This document shows, in pieces, positions 55,787-64,000 of a stretch of 64,000 nucleotides of DNA. The first letter of the stretch is position 1, and each line of letters starts with the position of its first letter. The position numbers were made by a program, and so were the translations under genes. The stretch is from an uncultured Actinomycetes bacterium (GTDB lineage: Bacteria > Actinomycetota > Acidimicrobiia > IMCC26256 > BP-133), in contig CAVRTC010000005.1 of the NCBI GenBank assembly GCA_963723985.1, forward strand, positions 567 to 64,566, in the 5' to 3' direction. The notes under the pieces were generated by a model. The model did not search any database and had not been told where the DNA came from. It was given only the letters and a program-made list of their open reading frames with translations.

Positions 55787-55789
55787 GCC

Positions 55790-56773
55790 ATGGGCGCGCC
55801 GCTCCCCTCATCAGCTGCCACTGAACTCTGGGTTCCCCCGACGCCGTCCCTGGTGGAGACGGCGGCCGGCGCCGCGGCGGGCGCCTGGGCGGCGGTGGGA
55901 GCTCCGGTGCTCGTCCGGCTCGTCCGGCGGGGCCTGGGCCCGCTGGGGGTCTCCCGAGACGGTCGGCTGCCGTCGAGCAATGGTGCCGGCGACGACGCGG
56001 CCGGCGATCTCGGCTGGTTCGGTCCGGACAGCGTCACCTGGCGGGTCCACGCCGACACCTCGATGCTGGTGGCCGGGATGACGGCCTTCGCCCTCCAGAC
56101 CCTCCATCCCCGGGCCATGGCCGGCGTCTGGGACCACAGCGCCTTCGGCGGCGACTTCTTCGGCCGCACCCGGCGGACGGGCGAGTTCGTCCAGGGCGTG
56201 GTCTACGACCCGTCGCCCGCCGCCGAGCGCCGCTGCGACGCGCTGCGCCGCATCCACGACCGGGTCGTCGGCCACACCCCCGACGGCCGGCCCTACTCCG
56301 CCGGCGACCCCGAGCTGCTGGAGTGGGTGCACGTGACCGAGTACCTGGCCATCGCCGCCGCCAACCGCCGCTTCGCCGCCCGGCCCATGACCCGGGCCGA
56401 GCTCGACACCTACGTGGCCGAGGTCGCCCGGGTCGGCGAGGCCGTCGGCGTGGTCGACCCGCCCCGTTCGTGGGCCGAGCTCGACGGCGCCTTCCGGCGC
56501 CACGCCCCGGCACTCGGGGTCGGGGAGCAGGCCGCCGTGGCCGTCCACTACCTGTCGAACCCGCCCTTCCTCCCGGCGGTCGCCCGCCCGCCGTGGCGGG
56601 CCGTGTGGGCCGGGGCCCAGGCCTGCCTTCCTCCGCTGGGCCGGACGCTGCTGCGCACCTCCGAACCGCTACTCCCCGAGGTCGCCGCCTGCCGGGCGCT
56701 CGTCCGCGCCGTCGGCCGCCTGCTCGGCGAGCCCCTGCCCCTCCGCGCCGCCAAGCGGCGTCTAGCGGGCTGA
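55790..56773 (+). CDS. MpaB-family oxygenase (DUF2236)
   Basis: ..FGPDSVTWRVHADTSMLVAGMTAFALQTLHPRAMAGVWDHS..RIHDRVVGHTPDGRPYSAGDPELLEWVHV... Intact 327 aa. Confidence 0.65.
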   Translation: MGAPLPSSAATELWVPPTPSLVETAAGAAAGAWAAVGAPVLVRLVRRGLGPLGVSRDGRLPSSNGAGDDAAGDLGWFGPDSVTWRVHADTSMLVAGMTAFALQTLHPRAMAGVWDHSAFGGDFFGRTRRTGEFVQGVVYDPSPAAERRCDALRRIHDRVVGHTPDGRPYSAGDPELLEWVHVTEYLAIAAANRRFAARPMTRAELDTYVAEVARVGEAVGVVDPPRSWAELDGAFRRHAPALGVGEQAAVAVHYLSNPPFLPAVARPPWRAVWAGAQACLPPLGRTLLRTSEPLLPEVAACRALVRAVGRLLGEPLPLRAAKRRLAG

Positions 56774-56840
56774 CGCCCGCAACGCCGCTGGCTCTATCCT
56801 GGCGGCTTCGCCGCAGGGTCGGCCGAGGAGGGTGGGAGCC

Positions 56841-57683
56841 ATGAAGGACCTGTCCGGCAAGGTGTCTGTCGTGACCGGGGCGGGGGCGGGGATCGGCCGG
56901 GCCACCGCCCACGCCCTGGCGGCGCGGGGCTCGATCCTGGCCCTCTGCGACCTCGACGAGGGTCGCGCCAAGGAGACGGCCGAGATGGTGGCCGGGACCG
57001 GCGGGCGGGCCAGCGTGCACCAGGTCGACGTCAGCGCCGAAGACCGCATGCGGGCCCTGGTCGACGAGGTCCTCGCCGAGCACGGTGTGGTTGACGTCGT
57101 GGTCAACAACGCCGGGATCGCTCCGGCGCCCACCGCGGCCACCGACATCTCGCTCGAGGCGTTCAGACGGATCATCGATGTGAACTTCTGGGGGATGGTC
57201 TACGGCTCGCTCTTCTTCCTGCCGCACCTGCTCAGCCGTCCCGAAGCGAACCTGGTCAACGTGGCCAGCAATGCCGGGCTGGCCGGCTACTCGCGGCTGG
57301 CGACGTACTCGGCCAGCAAGTTCGCCATCCGGGGCTTCACCGAGTCGCTCCGCATGGAGCTCCGTAAGAGTCCGGTGAAGCTGACGGTGGTCTGCCCCGG
57401 CGCCACGCGCACGGAGATCATGCAGAACAGCCCGGTGATTGACGAGGCCAGCCGCCGCGAGTTCCAGCGGGCCTACGAACGGAGCAAGGCCCTGGCCCGG
57501 CCGGTCGAATCCGTCGCCGAGGCCATCGTGAAGGCGATCCTGAAGAACCGGCCCCGCTGCCTCGTCGGGCCCGACACCGCCGTCCTCGACGCCCTCACCC
57601 GGATCGCCCCCGGTCGCTACACGAACGCGGTGGGACCCGGCATCGACTTCTTCTTCACCAAGATGCTCGGGGCCAAGCCGTAG
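56841..57683 (+). CDS. Short-chain dehydrogenase/reductase (SDR)
   Basis: TGAGAGIGRA, NNAG and the catalytic YSASK motifs. Intact. Confidence 0.85.
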   Translation: MKDLSGKVSVVTGAGAGIGRATAHALAARGSILALCDLDEGRAKETAEMVAGTGGRASVHQVDVSAEDRMRALVDEVLAEHGVVDVVVNNAGIAPAPTAATDISLEAFRRIIDVNFWGMVYGSLFFLPHLLSRPEANLVNVASNAGLAGYSRLATYSASKFAIRGFTESLRMELRKSPVKLTVVCPGATRTEIMQNSPVIDEASRREFQRAYERSKALARPVESVAEAIVKAILKNRPRCLVGPDTAVLDALTRIAPGRYTNAVGPGIDFFFTKMLGAKP

Positions 57684-57811
57684 GGCGCCTTTTGGGATTG
57701 ACCGACCGAAAAGACGGATCTGACAAAGATCCAATGGTCTGACGAGACATTGTCCCAATACTGGGGCACAATGCACCCGTCCCAATCCACTACTACAAGG
57801 AGCCTCAAGCC

Positions 57812-58036
57812 ATGAAGCGTTTCATCGGCTTGTTCGTAGCAACGATCGCCGTCACCATCCCCCTCTCCGTCGGCGTGGCCGGCGCCAGCCCGGCGGCCCC
57901 CGCCGACTACCAGCCCGGCTGCGACCAGCTCTACGCCGCTGGTAAGCCGGTGTTCGACCAGGTCATCGCCAACGCCAAGGACGTCGCGGCAGCCATCGAG
58001 AAGGGCTTCTGCGGCGAGAACAAGTACGCCAAGTAA
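57812..58036 (+). CDS. Small secreted two-cysteine protein (74 aa precursor)
   Basis: RBS caAGGAGcc. Signal peptide MKRFIGLFVATIAVTIPLSVGVAGASPAAPA. The mature part of roughly 45 aa is helical-looking with Cys in PGCDQL and GFCGE. Sits in a lower-GC island. Confidence 0.55.
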   Translation: MKRFIGLFVATIAVTIPLSVGVAGASPAAPADYQPGCDQLYAAGKPVFDQVIANAKDVAAAIEKGFCGENKYAK

Positions 58037-58073
58037 ACAACGGGTAAGCTGCGTTCGCAGTTCTGAACAATTC

Positions 58074-58117
58074 AGAGGGGGGCAAGCGTCGACGGGCGCT
58101 GCCCCCCTCTTTATTTT
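58074..58117 (+). terminator. Rho-independent terminator after the small secreted protein gene
   Basis: agaggggggca (58074-58084), 15-nt loop, tgcccccctct (58100-58110), then ttatttt. Confidence 0.8.
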
Positions 58118-58166
58118 GGCGCGCCATCACGGATTCAACTGCGTTGGCGAGCGCTTTCCTTTGCCG

Positions 58167-59780
58167 CTATCCGGCGGCGTTGTTCGGCGCGATCCGGAGC
58201 ATTCCGGGCGGAACACTTTCGATCTGCACCGGCACGCCGAGCGCGTCTTCGAGCAGGTCCTTCCGGTTGTGGGCCGAGTACAGCTCGAGGTCGGCGTCGA
58301 GGCCGGGCGCCGTCTCCACCAGGATCCGCAGCGGCGCCCCGTCGTGGCCGCCATGCACCCGCAGGCGGCTGACCGCCCGGCAGCGGGTGCGGTCGAGACC
58401 GGCGGCGATGCGCAGCAGCCCCGACAGGATCTCGACGACCCGCTGGTCGGCCTCGTGGAGCCCGGCGTACTCGGGGTGCCGCGCCTTGGGTGTCGACTTG
58501 CGGTGGTAGCGGGCGACGAGGGCGATGATCTCGAGCTCGTGGTCGGTGAAGCCGGTCAGGAGCTCGCTGTTGCGGATCACGTAATAGCTGTGCAGGTGAT
58601 GCCGGTCATGGCTGATCACCAGCCCGACGTTCTGGAGAATGGCCGCCGCTTCGAGCCACTCCTCGGCCTCGTCGGAGAGCCCCGAGAGATGGCGGGTGCC
58701 TTCGAAGAGCTGCGCGGCCAGGGCGGCGATGTGCTCGCAGTGCTCCTTCTCTCCCGGCGTCAGGGCGGCGAGGTGGAGGACGCTCTCGTAGCGGAGATCG
58801 CGCAGGTGGCCGAGCGTGCCGGCCTGCCGCCGCCGCACGACGTCGAGGAGCACGCCCTCGCGGAGGGCGAACTCGGAGGTCACCAGCTCGCTGATGTCGA
58901 GCGACCGGAAGACCTGCTCGAGGACGACGACGCCGCCGAGGATGATGTCCGCCCGGCGGGGGTCGAGGCCCGGGACGGCCAAGCGGTCAGCCACCCGGGG
59001 GCGGCCGGCGAGGTCGTCGACCACGCCGGCCAGCCCGTCGGCGGTGAAGCGCGTCATGCCGACCTGACGGGACGGCTCGGCGCCGCCACGGGCCCGGACC
59101 ATCTCGGCGACGTTGAGGATCGTGCCGGAGCTGCCGACGGCCACGTCGAAGCCGCCGGCCTCGGTCACCATCTGCTCGACGCGGGGCAGGAAGCTCTTCA
59201 CGTACTTGCGGGCCTCGTCGACGGCCTTCTTCTTGACCGGCTCCCTGCGGAAGAAGCGTTCGGTGAGCCGGATGGCGCCGACCTTCAGGCTCCGGGCGGC
59301 CAGCATGTCACCGCCCCGGCCGACGATGAACTCGGTGCTGCCTCCGCCGATGTCGACGACAAGCACCTTCCGGTCGAACACGGGGACGGACTGAAGGACA
59401 CCGAGGTGGATCAGGCGGGCTTCCTCGATCCCGGAGATGACCTCGATCTTGATGCTGGCCTTGGCCTGCGCCGCCTCGAGGAAGTCGTCGCGGTTCTCCG
59501 CTTCCCGGACGGCGCTGGTGGCGACGGCGTGGACCTCGGCGCCGAACGTGTCGGCGATGCGACGGAACCGGCCGAGGGCAGCCACCCCGCGGGCGATGGC
59601 GTCGGCACGGAGCTGCTTCATGTCGCCCGACCCGGAACCGAGCCGGACGACCTCCTTGTCGCGGGCCAGGATCTCGAAGCGGTTGTTCCCGGACGGCCGG
59701 GCCACGACGAGGTGAAAGCTGTTGGTGCCGATGTCGATCGCCGCCACCGGGGTGACCACCGAGCGAGCCTCTGACACCAC
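58167..59780 (-). CDS. ppx: Ppx/GppA-family exopolyphosphatase with C-terminal HD domain
   Basis: [25 protein letters not shown] and the HD-domain block [48 protein letters not shown]. Intact. GTG start at 59780 or 59777. Confidence 0.85.
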   Translation of the reverse strand: MVSEARSVVTPVAAIDIGTNSFHLVVARPSGNNRFEILARDKEVVRLGSGSGDMKQLRADAIARGVAALGRFRRIADTFGAEVHAVATSAVREAENRDDFLEAAQAKASIKIEVISGIEEARLIHLGVLQSVPVFDRKVLVVDIGGGSTEFIVGRGGDMLAARSLKVGAIRLTERFFRREPVKKKAVDEARKYVKSFLPRVEQMVTEAGGFDVAVGSSGTILNVAEMVRARGGAEPSRQVGMTRFTADGLAGVVDDLAGRPRVADRLAVPGLDPRRADIILGGVVVLEQVFRSLDISELVTSEFALREGVLLDVVRRRQAGTLGHLRDLRYESVLHLAALTPGEKEHCEHIAALAAQLFEGTRHLSGLSDEAEEWLEAAAILQNVGLVISHDRHHLHSYYVIRNSELLTGFTDHELEIIALVARYHRKSTPKARHPEYAGLHEADQRVVEILSGLLRIAAGLDRTRCRAVSRLRVHGGHDGAPLRILVETAPGLDADLELYSAHNRKDLLEDALGVPVQIESVPPGMLRIAPNNAAG

Positions 59781-59805
59781 GACCCCGCAGGTTACCCTCC
59801 AGTTC

Positions 59806-62025
59806 GTGAACGTCGCCCGGGCCATCGCCACTGAGCTCTCCGTCCGCGAGCCCCAGGTGAAGGCGGCCGTCGACCTCCTCGACGGGGGGGCCACCGTCCC
59901 CTTCGTCGCCCGCTACCGCAAGGAGGTCACCGGCGGGCTCGACGACGCCCAGCTCCGCACCCTGGAGGAGCGGCTCCGGCTACCTGCGGGAGCTGGAGGA
60001 GCGGCGGGCGACGATCCTCGAGTCGATCGAAGCGCAGGGCAAGCTCGACGACGCGCTGCGGGCCCGGATCATGGCCGCCGACTCGAAGGCCCGCCTGGAG
60101 GACATCTACCTCCCCTACAAGCCGAAGCGGCGCACCAAGGCCCAGATCGCCCGGGAGGCGGGGCTCGAGCCGCTGGCCGACGGCGCTGCTGGGCGACCCG
60201 GGCCTCGACCCGCGGCCACGGCCGCCGGCTACGTCGACGCCGACAAGGGCGTGGCCGACACCGCCGCCGCCCTGGACGGGGCCCGGGCGATCCTGGTCGA
60301 GCGCTTCGCCGAGGACGCCGACCTCATCGGCGCGCTGCGGGAGCGGCTGTGGAAGCCCGGCCGGGTCGTGTCGCCGGTGCGGGACGGGCAAGGAGGAGGC
60401 CGGCGCCAAGTTCGCCGACTACTTCGCCTTCTCCGAGCCGTTCACCAGGCTGCCGTCGCACCGGATCCTGGCCCTGCTGCGGGGCGAGAAGGAGGAGGTC
60501 CTCGACGTCGCCGTCGATCCCGGTGAACCGGCAGCCCGGGGGTCAGGGGGCGTCCCCTGAATGACTACGAGGCCCGCATCGCCGGCCGCTTCGGCGTCGC
60601 CGAACGGGGCCGGCCGGCCGACGGCTGGCTGTCGGAGACCGTGCGGTGGGCGTGGAAGACGCGGATCTCCGTCCACCTCGGGATCGACGTCCGCAGCCGG
60701 CTGCGCGCAGGAGGCCGAGGACGAGGCCGTCCGGGTCTTCGCCGCCAACCTCCGGGACCTGCTGCTGGCCGCCCCGGCCGGCACCCGGGCCACCATGGGC
60801 CTCGACCCCGGCTGCGGACCGGCGTGAAGGTGGCCGTCGTCGACGCCACCGGCAAGGTGGTGGCCACCGACACGATCTACCCCCACGAGCCCCGCCGCGC
60901 AGTGGGACGAGTCGATCGACCGCGCTGGCCCGGCTGGCCCGGAGCACAGGCGTCGAGCTGGTGGCCATCGGCAACGGCACCGCCTCCCGGGAGACCGACA
61001 AGCTGGCCGCCGAGCTGATCAAGGCCGCCACCCCGACCTCGGGCTGACCAAGGTCGTCGTGTCCGAGGCCGGCGCGTCGGTGTACTCGGCCTCCGCCTAC
61101 GCCTCGGCAGGAGCTGCCCGGCCTCGACGTGTCGCTGCGGGGAGCGGTGTCGATCGCCCGCCGCCTGCAGGACCCGCTGGCCGAGCTGGTCAAGATCGAC
61201 CCCAAGTCGATCGGCGTCGGCCAGTACCAGCACGACGTGTCGGAGCCGAAGCTGTCCCGGTCCCTCGACGCGGTGGTGGAGGACTGCGTCAACGCCGTCG
61301 GGGTCGACGTCAACACCGCCTCGGCCCCGCTGCTGCGCCGGGTGTCGGGCATCGGCGAGGGTCTGGCCGAGCAACATCGTGCCGCACCGGGACGAGCAAC
61401 GGCGCGTTCCGGCACCCGCACGGCCCTCAAGGAGGTGCCCCGGCTCGGGCCCGAAGGCTTTCGAGCAGTGCGCCGGGTTCCTGCGCATCCCGGGCGGCGA
61501 CGACCCGCTCGACGCCTCCGCCGTGCACCCCGAGGCCTACCCGGTGGTGCGGCGCATCCTGGCCGCCGCCGGCGCGACATCCGCGAGCCTGATCGGCAAC
61601 ACGGCGACGCTGCGGGCGCTGCGCCCCGAGGAGCTTCGTCGACGAGACGTTCGGGCTCCCCACCGTCACCGACATCCTGGCCGAGCTGGAGAAGCCGGGC
61701 CGCGACCCCCGGCCGGCCTTCCAGACCGCCACCTTCGCCGAGGGCGTGGAGAAGATCGGCGACCTCGAGCCCGGGCATGGTGCTGGAGGGGGTGGTCACC
61801 AACGTGGCCGCCTTCGGCGCGTTCGTCGACGTCGGCGTCCACCAGGACGGCCTCGTCCACGTCATCGGCCATGGCCCGCAGTTCGTGAAGGATCCCCGCG
61901 AGATGGTCAAGCCCGGCGACGTCGTCAAGGTCAAGGTCCTCTACGTCGACGTGCCCCGCAAGCGGATCTCCCTGACCCTGCGCCTGGACGACGAGCCCAG
62001 CGAGCGGCGCCGCCAGCCCCGCTGA
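59806..62025 (+). pseudogene. tex: Tex-like transcription accessory protein (YqgF/HhH/S1 domains), at least ten frame switches
   Basis: [57 protein letters not shown], then [48 protein letters not shown], ..[14 protein letters not shown].., ..VELVAIGNGTASRETDKLAAELI.., ..IDPKSIGVGQYQHDV.., and the S1 domain [51 protein letters not shown]. Each block is in a different frame from its neighbour. Confidence 0.8.
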
Positions 62026-62100
62026 CGGAATTTTTTTCGCAGAACGCTCAAGTCGCCCGGTCGGCGCGCCGAGAACCGAACCGTGGGGAACTATGACGAG

Positions 62101-62389
62101 ATGAGCACGGCTCGCCTCACCTGGGTGGTCCTCGACCGCCTGGTGCCCGACCGACGAGGAGGCAGCGGCCCAGGCCGCGCTGATCGCCCGGGATCCGGAG
62201 CTCCAGAGTCTCGTCGCCCAGGGCACCCTCACGGAGGCGGAGGCCGTCGAAGCGCTACGGTCCCGGCAGTCCCGCTATCGCCACGACGAGGGCCTCATCG
62301 GCGACCGGTTCGTCCTCTGGACCAGGCGCCTGGCCGCCTTGTCCGGCGCCTCGTTCGTCGGCTGGGTCCTCCTGCACGTGGCCCGCTGA
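62101..62389 (+). pseudogene. Small hypothetical protein with C-terminal TM helix (weak; needs one frameshift)
   Basis: MSTARLTWVVLDRLVP (frame 1), then TDEEAAAQAALIARDPELQSLVAQGTLTEAEAVEALRSRQSRYRHDEGLIGDRFVLWTRRLAALSGASFVGWVLLHVAR (frame 2, stop at 62387-62389). The frame-1 continuation is Arg/Pro/Gly junk. Confidence 0.3.
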
Positions 62390-62505
62390 GGCCGCATTTC
62401 GGGCGGATCTGCCGTCGCACTCCAGATTGGGTCCTTCGGGCTCTGGCGCCGGGCCGGCCGACGAGCCACGGTGGGAGTGTCACCGTTTCCCCTCAAGGAG
62501 ATGCC

Positions 62506-62790
62506 GTGCAGACACTGGCCAGCGACCCGGTTGTCATCGATCCTCTCACGATCACCCGCATCACCGCCGTCCCGGAGATCATGCAGGCCGAGGCGGGCGC
62601 CGAGGTGCGGTGGGACAACCACCCGGCCGACCACCACATCATCGTCACGAAGGGCACCTGCTCGGTGCTCGGCCGCCACATCAAGGTCGGCGGCTCGGCC
62701 TTCGTCCCGGCCGGGATCGACCACGCCGTCAAGGCCGGCGCTTGGGGCTGCAGTTTCTTCTCTCTGGACTCAGTGCACGAGACGTCGTAG
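62506..62790 (+). CDS. Small cupin-domain protein
   Basis: RBS AAGGAG, 5 nt, GTG. EVRWDNHPADHHIIVTKGTCSVLGRHIKVGGSAFVPAGIDHAVKAG. Confidence 0.6.
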   Translation: MQTLASDPVVIDPLTITRITAVPEIMQAEAGAEVRWDNHPADHHIIVTKGTCSVLGRHIKVGGSAFVPAGIDHAVKAGAWGCSFFSLDSVHETS

Positions 62791-63391
62791 CTGAAAGAGA
62801 GCCGAGAGCCAGCGCCACCAGCGTGTCGCTCAGCTCCTGGGGTGCGTAGCGGGCCTTCTGGCCATGGGACCGGTAGGTCCACCCGGCCATGCCGATCAGC
62901 GCCGAGACGGCCACCGGGACGTCGACCGGTCGGAACGTGCCGTCGGCGATTCCACGCTCGATGACACGATGCACGATGGCCAGGAAGTCGGCCTGCTTGG
63001 CCCGGACGACCTTCAGGTCGTCGGCCAGCAGCCATTTCGGGAGCCACTGCAGCTCCTGGAAGAACACCGTGACGTAGTCCGGGGCGTGGCTGATGGCGTC
63101 GACGATGGCCCGCATGATGTCGGCCAGCGCTTCATCGGCCGGCGTGTCGTCGTCGGTTTCGAGTCGTTCGGCCAGGTCGTCGGCGGTGGCCAGGTAGACG
63201 TGGAAGAGCAACCCGGCCTTGGACGAGAAGTAGTAGTAGAGCATCGCCTTGTTGAGCCCGACGGCGGCGGCGATGTCGTCGACGGTGGTGGCCGAGTAAC
63301 CGCGTTCGGCGAAGAGGCGGGCGGCGACGTCGAGGATCTCCCGCTCCCGGTTGGCCCGGCGCGTCCCCATCGCTTCAGCGTCCCGGGCCAC
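62729..63391 (-). CDS. TetR-family transcriptional regulator
   Basis: REREILDVAARLFAERGYSATTVDDIAAAVGLNKAMLYYYFSSKAGLL. The C-terminal tail overlaps the convergent cupin gene by about 60 nt and looks unnatural, so the stop may be misplaced. Confidence 0.8.
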   Translation of the reverse strand: MARDAEAMGTRRANREREILDVAARLFAERGYSATTVDDIAAAVGLNKAMLYYYFSSKAGLLFHVYLATADDLAERLETDDDTPADEALADIMRAIVDAISHAPDYVTVFFQELQWLPKWLLADDLKVVRAKQADFLAIVHRVIERGIADGTFRPVDVPVAVSALIGMAGWTYRSHGQKARYAPQELSDTLVALALGSLSATTSRALSPERRNCSPKRRP

Positions 63392-64000
63392 CTAGTCAGC
63401 CTTCTGGAAGTACGGGAACCGGGCGTAGGTCTCGGCCGGCGCAGGATCGGTGCCGGCCCGCACCTGCCACGGCACACCCGGGCCCGGGCAGGGGCCGTAC
63501 GGCTGGCCGTCGTCGCCACACCAGCCGTTATGAAGGTCGGACCGGTAGCCGGTCGGGAACCGGTCGGTGTAGAACGGACCGAGCTGGGCCAGGCCCATGG
63601 GGAAGGCCAGGAACACGACGTGGAGGAACCCGGTGACGGCCAGGAACCGGGCCGCCGTCCGCCGGTGCGGTGAGGTGATGCGTTCGGCGCCGCGCTCCAC
63701 GGCGCTGAACCCGTCGCCGGCCCGGCGGGAACGGACCAGCGCCGCCCCGCAGGTCCAGAACAGTGAAGCGCCAAGGCACTCGACGAGGGGGAACTGGTAC
63801 GTCTGCCCGCCCCACACCGCCAAGCGGTGCGAACCGGCCGGATAGGCGAAGAGGCCCGTCCGGCAGAACGGCAGTTCCAACACCAGGTCGAGCACGATGG
63901 CCGCCGCCAGGGTGCCGCCGAAGAGGGCCGGGGCGGGGGCGGCCGGGAACCGTTCCGCCAGGCGGCCCCAGACCCGGGCCAGCAGCAACACGAACGTGAT
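63392..64000 (-). CDS. AveC-family spirocyclase-like membrane protein (N-terminus beyond window end)
   Basis: ..LELPFCRTGLFAYPAGSHRLAVWGGQTYQFPLVECLGASLFW..GPFYTDRFPTGYRSDLHNGWCGDDGQPYGPCPGPG.. resembles AveC/MeiC-family proteins. The ORF is open to the window edge. Confidence 0.55.
   Translation of the reverse strand: MTFVLLLARVWGRLAERFPAAPAPALFGGTLAAAIVLDLVLELPFCRTGLFAYPAGSHRLAVWGGQTYQFPLVECLGASLFWTCGAALVRSRRAGDGFSAVERGAERITSPHRRTAARFLAVTGFLHVVFLAFPMGLAQLGPFYTDRFPTGYRSDLHNGWCGDDGQPYGPCPGPGVPWQVRAGTDPAPAETYARFPYFQKAD

Noticed and set aside
62729-62790. 62-nt convergent overlap of the TetR and cupin genes as a regulatory antisense arrangement
   Set aside because: The overlapping TetR tail (..SATTSRALSPERRNCSPKRRP) looks non-native. 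In a window with many indels, a missed stop or shifted frame is the simpler explanation.

Overview
This is a composite window. All function calls come from motif recognition by eye; no searches were run.

Bases 1 to about 11,700 have an eyeballed GC in the mid/upper 50s %. They carry Verrucomicrobia/Planctomycetes-style genes:
- a secreted HExxH metalloprotease/PKD protein
- a parallel beta-helix protein
- a ComEC-like MBL hydrolase
- a decayed IS630 element with 23-bp terminal inverted repeats
- large secreted proteins
- an FG-GAP/VCBS protein

Every gene in this part is broken by frameshifts, and one also has an in-frame TAA.

Between about 11.7 and 11.85 kb the composition jumps to roughly 70% GC. 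Gene content becomes typically actinobacterial: bldC, a mycothiol-type DinB/MDMPI enzyme, an F420-type LLM oxidoreductase and many TetR regulators.

The high-GC part contains:
- a lipid/steroid-like catabolic cluster (three acyl-CoA dehydrogenases, an LLM oxidoreductase, a KshA-like Rieske oxygenase, a P450 and a TetR)
- a split methylmalonyl-CoA-mutase-family operon with a crotonase and a divergent GntR
- an ECF42-type sigma factor with its YCII partner
- malic enzyme
- twin AI-2E permeases
- a FetAB-like exporter
- Ppx/GppA
- a heavily decayed tex
- a HicAB-like pair

The most unusual observations are:
- An intact secreted protein with about 18 CPPPC-type C-x3-C repeats. It is followed by a secreted bicupin-like protein and a type-1 copper cupredoxin.
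- An RNase HI fused to a YpsA/DUF1273 (SLOG) domain.
- A small Cys/His-rich ORF interrupted by one in-frame UGA, with a hairpin just downstream.
- A strongly patchy distribution of frameshifts along the high-GC part.

I saw no rRNA, no convincing tRNA and no CRISPR array.
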